Both the position numbers and the translations under genes were made by a program. DNA of 64,000 nucleotides, from positions 11,422 through 75,421 of the forward strand of contig DASQNU010000240.1 of NCBI GenBank assembly GCA_035644815.1. The letters run 5' to 3'. This document shows, piece by piece, positions 57,656 through 64,000 of the stretch; positions within the stretch are counted from its first letter, which is position 1; each line of letters opens with the position of its first letter. This DNA comes from Candidatus Bathyarchaeia archaeon (GTDB lineage: Bacteria; Bacillota; Bacilli; Brevibacillales; Brevibacillaceae). Below the pieces are notes generated by a model. That model had not been told where the DNA came from and searched no databases. It saw only the letters and a list, made by a program, of their open reading frames with translations.

Positions 57656-58672
57656 ATGACGCTGAAGCTAAGTATTTTGGATCAAAGTCCCATTCAAGAA
57701 GGAGAAACAGCGACATTGGCTTTTCAACATACGATCACTTTAGCAAAGAAAGCAGAAGAACTCGGGTATCACCGTTTCTGGGTATCTGAGCACCACGACC
57801 TGGATCATGTAGTCGGATCTTCCCCAGAAGTGCTCATCAGTCATTTACTGGCAAAGACTGAGCGAATCCGTATCGGTTCAGGAGGTGTCATGCTACAGCA
57901 TTATAGCCCGTATAAAGTCGCTGAGAATTTTCATGTGCTTGCTTCTTTGGCCCCCGGCCGTGTCGATCTGGGCATTGGCAGAGCACCGGGCGGACTTCCT
58001 CTCTCGACAAAGGCCCTGCAACCGGATGAAGTGACATATCGCAGAACACTTGCTGAAAAACTTGTGGAGCTGGAGCAATTCCTTCATGATGAGTGGAAAC
58101 CAGATCAACCGTTCTATGGTTTGAAAGTCACTCCCACTCCTCCCGAACCGGCAGATTTGTTCCTATTGGGGACCAGTATCGCCAGCGCGGAATTGGCTGC
58201 GGAGCGTGGGATTCCCTATGTCTTCGCTTTGTTTATTAACCATGAGGAGGCCGATTGCCTTGCCGCGATTGAGACGTATCGTCGGCAATTTCGTACAGGG
58301 AAAAAGGTCAAACCTGAAGTCATCCTCGCCCTTTCCGTCATTGTCGCCGATACGGAAGAAGAAGCTGCGTATTTAGCGGCCGATGCCAAAATCGTAAAGA
58401 TCCATTTGAAAAGCGGGAAAACATTAACTCTCACCAGCTTGAAAAAGGCCGAAGAGTTTGGACGACAATCGGCTGAGCCGTACAAAATAGAAGTAAAGGA
58501 AGCCAATGTCGTTCACGGAACCAAAGAAAGTGTACGGGACAAACTGATTTCCTTACAGCGTAGATATCAAGTCGGAGAAGTGATCATTACAACACCGATC
58601 AAGGACTTTCATAAACGCCTTTTATCGTATGAGCGATTACGGGAAGCATTTTCGGAGCTTACTGTACCTTGA
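57656..58672 (+). CDS. Luciferase-like monooxygenase (YtmO/CmoO-like)
   Basis: LSILDQSP, GYHRFWVSEHH, IGSGGVML.HYSPYKVAE.F, GRVDLGIGRAPGG. Confidence 0.88.
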   Translation: MTLKLSILDQSPIQEGETATLAFQHTITLAKKAEELGYHRFWVSEHHDLDHVVGSSPEVLISHLLAKTERIRIGSGGVMLQHYSPYKVAENFHVLASLAPGRVDLGIGRAPGGLPLSTKALQPDEVTYRRTLAEKLVELEQFLHDEWKPDQPFYGLKVTPTPPEPADLFLLGTSIASAELAAERGIPYVFALFINHEEADCLAAIETYRRQFRTGKKVKPEVILALSVIVADTEEEAAYLAADAKIVKIHLKSGKTLTLTSLKKAEEFGRQSAEPYKIEVKEANVVHGTKESVRDKLISLQRRYQVGEVIITTPIKDFHKRLLSYERLREAFSELTVP

Positions 58673-58690
58673 GTAACGGATGATGCGAAT

Positions 58691-58739
58691 GAAAAAAGAC
58701 TGGCTCAGTGCATCAAGACGCATCGAGTCAGTCTTTTTT
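58691..58739. terminator. Bidirectional terminator between convergent monooxygenases
   Basis: AAAAAAGACTGGCTC/GAGTCAGTCTTTTTT. Confidence 0.75.
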
Positions 58740-58746
58740 ATGTGAT

Positions 58747-60099
58747 TTAATAAGGAGTATTCGTTATTGGCTGGTTGGCGGCTTTTTCTCTTGTGTATCG
58801 GTTTTCAGGGATGGAGAGTCCCAAATTTCCGCGCAGCGTGTCCGCTTCATACTCTGAACGGTAAATTCCTCGCTCCTGCAAGATTGGTACGACGAAATCA
58901 ACAAAGTCGTCTAATCCTCCGGGGACACTGGAATGAATGATAAATCCATCGGCTCCTTTCTCTTCAAACCACTGCTGAATTAGATTTGCTACCTTTTCGG
59001 GTGTCCCCATAAACTCACTTCTAGGTGTTGCAGTTTGCAGCGCAACTTGCCGAAGTGTCCACTGTTTCTCCTTGGCCGTTTGCTTGATTTTGTCAGTCGT
59101 GCTCCGAAAGCTATTGCTCCCAATGTCACCTAGTTCAGGAAATGGTTCATCCAAAGGGTATTGCGAAAAATCGTGGTGATCAAAAAATCTACCCAGGTAG
59201 TTCAGGGCATGCTCAATACTGACCAGATTCATAATCTCATCATGCTTTCTCTCTGCTTCCTCTTTTGTCGTGCCGATAATGGGACGAATGCCGGGGAAAA
59301 TGAGAATTTCATCTGGGGACCGTCCATATTCCAACGCTCTCGTTTTTACATCCTGGTAAAAGCGTTTCGCATCCTCCAATGTTTCGGCTCCCGTAAAAAC
59401 AGCATCGGCTGATTTCGCTGCCAATGTTTTTCCGCTTTCGGATGAGCCTGCCTGGAAAATGACCGGATGGCCTTGCTTCGAGCGGGCAATGTTCAAAGGA
59501 CCTTGCACGGAAAAATACTCGCCCTGATGGTTCAACCGATGCATTTTTTGCGGATCGAAAAATACGCCCGTTTCCTTATCCCGTACAAAGGCGTCATCTT
59601 CCCACGAATCCCATAAGCCTCTCGTCACGTGCAAATGCTCCTCAGCGATCCGGTAACGGTGATCATGGGCGGGATGCTCTTTTTTCCCGTAATTGAATGC
59701 AGAACCTTCCAAGGGAGATGTCACGACATTCCACCCAGCTCTCCCCCCACTGATATGGTCCAGCGAGGCAAACTGCCTGGCTACGGTAAACGGTTCACTG
59801 TATGTAGTCGAAACCGTTCCGACCAGACCGATCTTTGAAGTCACGGCCGCTAATGCGGATAAAATGGTAAGCGGCTCAAACCGATTCAAAAAATGCGGCA
59901 GCGATTTTTCGTTGATATACAGGCCATCTGCAATAAAGACCAGATCTAATTTACCGGCTTCCGCTTTTTGAACCTGCTGTACATAGAACCCGAAGTTAAC
60001 ACTAGCATCCGTCAAAGCGTTCGGGTGTCTCCAAGCACCCATGTTCCCTCCTACTCCATGAATCATGGCGCCAAGTTTTAACTTTCTTACGCTGCCCAT
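58747..60099 (-). CDS. NtaA/DmoA family monooxygenase (YtnJ/CmoJ-like)
   Basis: [43 protein letters not shown]. Confidence 0.9.
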   Translation of the reverse strand: MGSVRKLKLGAMIHGVGGNMGAWRHPNALTDASVNFGFYVQQVQKAEAGKLDLVFIADGLYINEKSLPHFLNRFEPLTILSALAAVTSKIGLVGTVSTTYSEPFTVARQFASLDHISGGRAGWNVVTSPLEGSAFNYGKKEHPAHDHRYRIAEEHLHVTRGLWDSWEDDAFVRDKETGVFFDPQKMHRLNHQGEYFSVQGPLNIARSKQGHPVIFQAGSSESGKTLAAKSADAVFTGAETLEDAKRFYQDVKTRALEYGRSPDEILIFPGIRPIIGTTKEEAERKHDEIMNLVSIEHALNYLGRFFDHHDFSQYPLDEPFPELGDIGSNSFRSTTDKIKQTAKEKQWTLRQVALQTATPRSEFMGTPEKVANLIQQWFEEKGADGFIIHSSVPGGLDDFVDFVVPILQERGIYRSEYEADTLRGNLGLSIPENRYTREKAANQPITNTPY

Positions 60100-60159
60100 G
60101 TTTTTGCCCTCCTTTTTTTTGCGATGTCCCGACAAAACAGAGGCTCTTTTTTACAAATG

Positions 60160-60206
60160 CAAAAAAGCCCCCATTTTACATAGGAGCCTTTGGTTGACCA
60201 ATCAGC
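60160..60206 (-). promoter_or_regulatory. Leader attenuator 3: conserved hairpin overlapping an intrinsic terminator
   Basis: GCTGATTGGTCAACCAAAGGC (60206-60186) overlaps the AAAGGCTCC/GGGGCTTTTTT terminator; TTGACA-16-TATTCT promoter at 60300-60273. Confidence 0.7.
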
Positions 60207-60444
60207 TTTTTGCTCTTATTTGGTTGTTTGTGTAGTGACAACAACACAAATCATGGCAGAATCTTACATCCAAGAATATGGGGATTATTCCCAGTTGTCA
60301 AGTTTGAATTTATCCGTGCTGTTATTCAATGCTTTGTCAACCCTTTACACTACCCGACGTCATTCCCCCAATACTCCTTTCTCCGCTGGTAAGCCTGCTC
60401 ACAATGCAGCAGATCTTCACAAAATGACTCTTTCTTGTCGTCTA

Positions 60445-61032
60445 CTATTTCTTGATTCCTTCTAAAAACAAAGCTATTACCTTCATCGTGTCTTCCAATG
60501 CAGCTGGACGCAACGAAGATTCATGGGCGAGCCACAGCGAGGTCTCATTCAAAGCTCCTGAAATAAAATGGGTCATGGCATCGAGGGGAACGTCTTGGAA
60601 GTTTCCCTGTTTTTGCATGATTTCTAGCTGCCCCCGCAACAATCGCATGGAGTGGTTCGCATCAATCGCCCGCCATGCATCCCAGCCCAAGATTGCCGGA
60701 CCGTCAATCAACATAATTCGCTTGTTTTGCGGCTCCACTGCCGCTAATACGAAAGCGCGGCAACCAAGATAGAGCTGTTGCCAGACGTCTTCACTGAGGG
60801 AAGCCTCCTGTTCCACCCGTTCGGCAACTTCTTGTTGGACAGATTCAAGCACACTCCTGAATAATTCCTTCTTGCTGCGGAAATGGTGGTAGACCGCTCC
60901 TCTCGTAATATTCGCCTCTTGTACGATGGATTCCAACGCAGTATTCGTATAACCATATTCAGTAAAATGCGCTCTCGCGATGTGAATGAGTTTGCGTATC
61001 GTTTCGTCCGTCTCAGCTTTACTTCTTCTCAT
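60445..61032 (-). CDS. TetR/AcrR family regulator
   Basis: FTEYGY..T.LESIV..ANITRGAVYHHF.SK.ELF. Confidence 0.92.
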   Translation of the reverse strand: MRRSKAETDETIRKLIHIARAHFTEYGYTNTALESIVQEANITRGAVYHHFRSKKELFRSVLESVQQEVAERVEQEASLSEDVWQQLYLGCRAFVLAAVEPQNKRIMLIDGPAILGWDAWRAIDANHSMRLLRGQLEIMQKQGNFQDVPLDAMTHFISGALNETSLWLAHESSLRPAALEDTMKVIALFLEGIKK

Positions 61033-61284
61033 ACTGTCCTCCACCCCCGTATGAACGCTGGTGCATTCCTAAGTATCGCAGCGATGGCCAAGGCAGCCTA
61101 ATCTCCGAATTTCACTCTCGACCCTATTGCATGCCGGATCATTCGAGGGTCTTGTTTCCATTCTGCGAACAATTGATTGTCAATCATTCAAGCGTAATGG
61201 ATTTGTATTCCTTCGTCAAATCGTTACCTGATTCGCAGCGGACTTTGTATTGGAGCAGAAGAATCATGGTCCAATGCCACTCGA

Positions 61285-61740
61285 TCACTCATTGCTCGCG
61301 GTAGAACGATTGTTTAGATTGTCCGCGATATATTGCCCGCTGAACGCTTCCGTTGGAGGAATAACCTTTATGATATCGATCAATACTCCGTTTGGATCGG
61401 AAGTGATAAAATGCCGTTGGCCGAAATCTTCATCTCGAATATCCAATTCCAAAGGCAGCTTTCTCTTCTGAATCAGCCGCTCATACTCCGCGTCTACATC
61501 TTCGACTTCAAAATTCAGGATCAACCCTTTCACCTGAGTCCGATAAGCCGCAGGAATCGTTGGATGGGTGGCATCAAGTACTGCCAATTCGTATGCTGTG
61601 CTTGAACCGGACATTTTCAGGCTGACATACCAATCGGCTTCAAAAACCTTCTGAAATCCGAAATGTTCAATGTAAAACGCAGATGTAGCAGCGACCTGAT
61701 TCGTTAAGATGACAGGATAAAAGCTCATTGTCCTCATCAT
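61285..61740 (-). CDS. VOC/glyoxalase family protein
   Basis: [35 protein letters not shown]. Confidence 0.88.
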   Translation of the reverse strand: MMRTMSFYPVILTNQVAATSAFYIEHFGFQKVFEADWYVSLKMSGSSTAYELAVLDATHPTIPAAYRTQVKGLILNFEVEDVDAEYERLIQKRKLPLELDIRDEDFGQRHFITSDPNGVLIDIIKVIPPTEAFSGQYIADNLNNRSTASNE

Positions 61741-61782
61741 TGAAAACTCCCTTCGAGTATAAGTTCTTCCGATAACAATTTA

Positions 61783-61803
61783 ACATACATACAGTATGTA
61801 TGT
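61783..61803. promoter_or_regulatory. Candidate TetR operator upstream of the VOC gene
   Basis: Perfect palindrome ACATACATAC-A-GTATGTATGT. Confidence 0.7.
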
Positions 61804-61831
61804 AAACAGGTATTACCATGCTGATAAACAT

Positions 61832-61865
61832 AAAAGGCGCCCCTCAATATTTTGGGGCGCCTTTT
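61832..61865 (-). terminator. Terminator after the aminopeptidase gene
   Basis: AAAAGGCGCCCC/GGGGCGCCTTTT. Confidence 0.75.
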
Positions 61866-61880
61866 CCCTATCCACGAAGA

Positions 61881-63119
61881 TTATTGTTCAAAAGCCCAAT
61901 TTCCTTTTCGAAAAATGGGTTCGAGCGTTCCATCTGGCAGTTCGCCATCAATATCGAGCTCAGCTGAACCGATCATAAAGTCAACATGCGTGAGACTGAC
62001 ATTGGCGCCCCGTTCCAGCAGCTCCTGCTTGCTTAACGAACGTCCCCCCTCCATGTTGACGGGATATGCGCTGCCCAAAGCGACGTGGCAGGATGCGTTT
62101 TCATCGATACCTGTATTGTAGAAGATACGATTCATCTGTGAAATCGGTGACGAATACGGGACAAGTGCGACCTCGCCCAAGTAACGTGCACCTTCATCCA
62201 TGTTAAGCAAGGCTTCCAGATGCTCCGATCCGGTCTCGGCCGTGTAATCAACCACTCTCCCGTCTTTGAACGTCAGTGAGAAGTTGTCTACGATGTTTCC
62301 GTTCAGATTAAGTGGCATCGTACTGCGAACCGTACCGTTTACCCCTGTCCGCTTCGGCATGGAGTAAACCTCGTCGGTCGGCATGTTGGCTACGAAATAC
62401 ACACCATCCTCGTTCAAATCACCGCCGCCAAGCCAGAGATGACCATCAGCTAGCTCCAGCGACAGGTCGGTTCCTGGAGCTTTATAGATCAATCGGCGGT
62501 AGCGCTTTTCATTAAGACGGTTCTGGAGCAGTTTGAGTTGTTCGATATGCTTGCGCCAGGCTGCTACCGGATCCTCTTGATCGACACGATTCATGCGGAA
62601 AATCGCTTCCCACATCGCTGGAATTCGTTCTTCCTCAGCAAGTTCCGGAAAGACCTTATCCGCCCATGCTTTGGTGGGAGCTTTCATCAAGCACCAGCTA
62701 AACTTGTTGTTTCGCACGTAAGACTGTGCCTTCTGACGCGCTTCGGCCATTGCTTTGTTCGCTCGTGCTACTTTAGCTGGATCGATTCCTTTATACAGCT
62801 CCGGATCAGGTACTTTAATATGTAAAAGGGCGCCGCCGTTTTCAGCCAGCAACTCCATCGTACGGGCTTTCCACTCTGGATAATAGGAAAATGACTCATC
62901 ATCGGCAGATTCAAAGCGGATGCGGGTGGATGCCTCATCGATCCAGTGAATGTCTACGAAACGGGCTCCGTTCTCATACGCTTTTCGCACGATCCTGCGA
63001 GCCAGGTCAGCCGTCTCGATCGGGGCTTCCAGTAATAGCACCTGCCCTTTCTGCAGATTCACGCCTACTTTTATGACAAGTTCGGCGTACTTCTCCAATT
63101 GCGTTTCAAACGATGGCAT
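61881..63119 (-). CDS. Aminopeptidase, M29 family (AmpS/AmpT-like)
   Basis: YAEL..KVGVNLQKGQ, ANMPTDEV, LGEVALV, DENASCH.ALG.AY, HVDFMIG. Confidence 0.92.
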   Translation of the reverse strand: MPSFETQLEKYAELVIKVGVNLQKGQVLLLEAPIETADLARRIVRKAYENGARFVDIHWIDEASTRIRFESADDESFSYYPEWKARTMELLAENGGALLHIKVPDPELYKGIDPAKVARANKAMAEARQKAQSYVRNNKFSWCLMKAPTKAWADKVFPELAEEERIPAMWEAIFRMNRVDQEDPVAAWRKHIEQLKLLQNRLNEKRYRRLIYKAPGTDLSLELADGHLWLGGGDLNEDGVYFVANMPTDEVYSMPKRTGVNGTVRSTMPLNLNGNIVDNFSLTFKDGRVVDYTAETGSEHLEALLNMDEGARYLGEVALVPYSSPISQMNRIFYNTGIDENASCHVALGSAYPVNMEGGRSLSKQELLERGANVSLTHVDFMIGSAELDIDGELPDGTLEPIFRKGNWAFEQ

Positions 63120-63287
63120 AACAATTTCTCTCCTTTTGTGGATTACCAATGCATGGAATACTATCATTATAACAGGTTAACCGGGACCGATGTCCTTTGC
63201 TTTGACAATGTTGCGTTGGGTAACGGGTTGCCAGACAGGTATAATAGAAATCGTATGGTTGAAAGATCTGTAGAGGATGCTGAGAAC

Positions 63288-64000
63288 ATGAAAACGTTTA
63301 TTGTAGTGGGAGCGGGAATACTAGGGGCAGCGACGGCCTATCAATTGGCAAAAGCAGGAGCAGACGTCATCATTGTTGACCGCACGGATAAAGGACAAGC
63401 TACGGACGCTGCGGCCGGGATTATCTGCCCATGGTTGTCACAGAGACGGAATCAAGCTTGGTACCAGCTCGCAAAGGGAGGGGCTCGCTTCTATCCCGCG
63501 CTCATTGAAGCGCTTGAGCAAGAAGGAGAATCGCAAACCGGTTATCGCCGTGTCGGCGCGCTCAGTATACATAAGGATCTGCAAAAACTTGAGGATATGG
63601 TCAAACGAGCAGAAAAACGTAAGGAGGATGCACCTGAAGTTGGTGTGATTACACAGCTATCTCCCAGTGAAGCGAAGTCTCTTTTTCCTCCGCTCTCTGA
63701 GGAGTATGGTGCGGTACACATTAGCGGCGCAGCGCGAGTGGACGGACGAGCGCTGCGGGATGCCCTGCTGCGGGCTGCGCAACGTCATGGCGCAACGTAT
63801 CTCAAGGGAAATGCTGTACTTCTACAGGAGGAGACTCGTGTCACTGGAGTGCATGTCGGAGATGACCGTATACAGGCCGATACTGTGATCGTTTGTGCTG
63901 GAGCTTGGGCCGATCAGCTTCTTGCACCATTGGGAGTGCACTTCAAAGTGACCTACCAGAAAGCACAGATCATTCACTTGGAGCTGCCTGGCGCGGACAC
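63288..64000 (+). CDS. FAD-dependent oxidoreductase, DadA family (partial, runs off window end)
   Basis: MKTFIVVGAGILGAATAYQLA (GxGxxG), ATDAAAGIICPW, VIVCAGAWA. Confidence 0.88.
   Translation, partial: MKTFIVVGAGILGAATAYQLAKAGADVIIVDRTDKGQATDAAAGIICPWLSQRRNQAWYQLAKGGARFYPALIEALEQEGESQTGYRRVGALSIHKDLQKLEDMVKRAEKRKEDAPEVGVITQLSPSEAKSLFPPLSEEYGAVHISGAARVDGRALRDALLRAAQRHGATYLKGNAVLLQEETRVTGVHVGDDRIQADTVIVCAGAWADQLLAPLGVHFKVTYQKAQIIHLELPGAD

Overview
Firmicute chromosomal window, probably Brevibacillus-like (inferred from gene content and AGGAGG ribosome-binding sites, not from a search). In order: (1) MATE fragment, two LysR regulators and a LysE exporter; (2) a ~20 kb anaerobic-type cobalamin cluster (3.3-23.7 kb, minus strand) with two cobalamin riboswitches in series; (3) a GAF-GGDEF cyclase and MFS/LysR/PadR genes; (4) an arsenic/organoarsenical island (arsC, acr3, arsR, arsI, second arsR, an unannotated 45-aa di-CysCys peptide, arsP, a CysCys-bearing MarR) with readable operators; (5) a sigma54-controlled putrescine uptake and catabolism cluster; (6) an xerS-like recombinase followed by a patchwork accessory region with gene relics, a Pnk-HD + RNA ligase pair and an IS1595-like non-autonomous cassette carrying ant(9); (7) a large organosulfur/S-substituted cysteine salvage cluster; (8) TetR/VOC, an M29 aminopeptidase and a partial FAD oxidoreductase. 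Best candidate for something undescribed: a 21-nt hairpin with compensatory base changes, found in all three organosulfur leaders and each time overlapping the 5' arm of an intrinsic terminator, which suggests a protein-dependent antitermination system. All family calls come from motif reading and recall; no database search was run.
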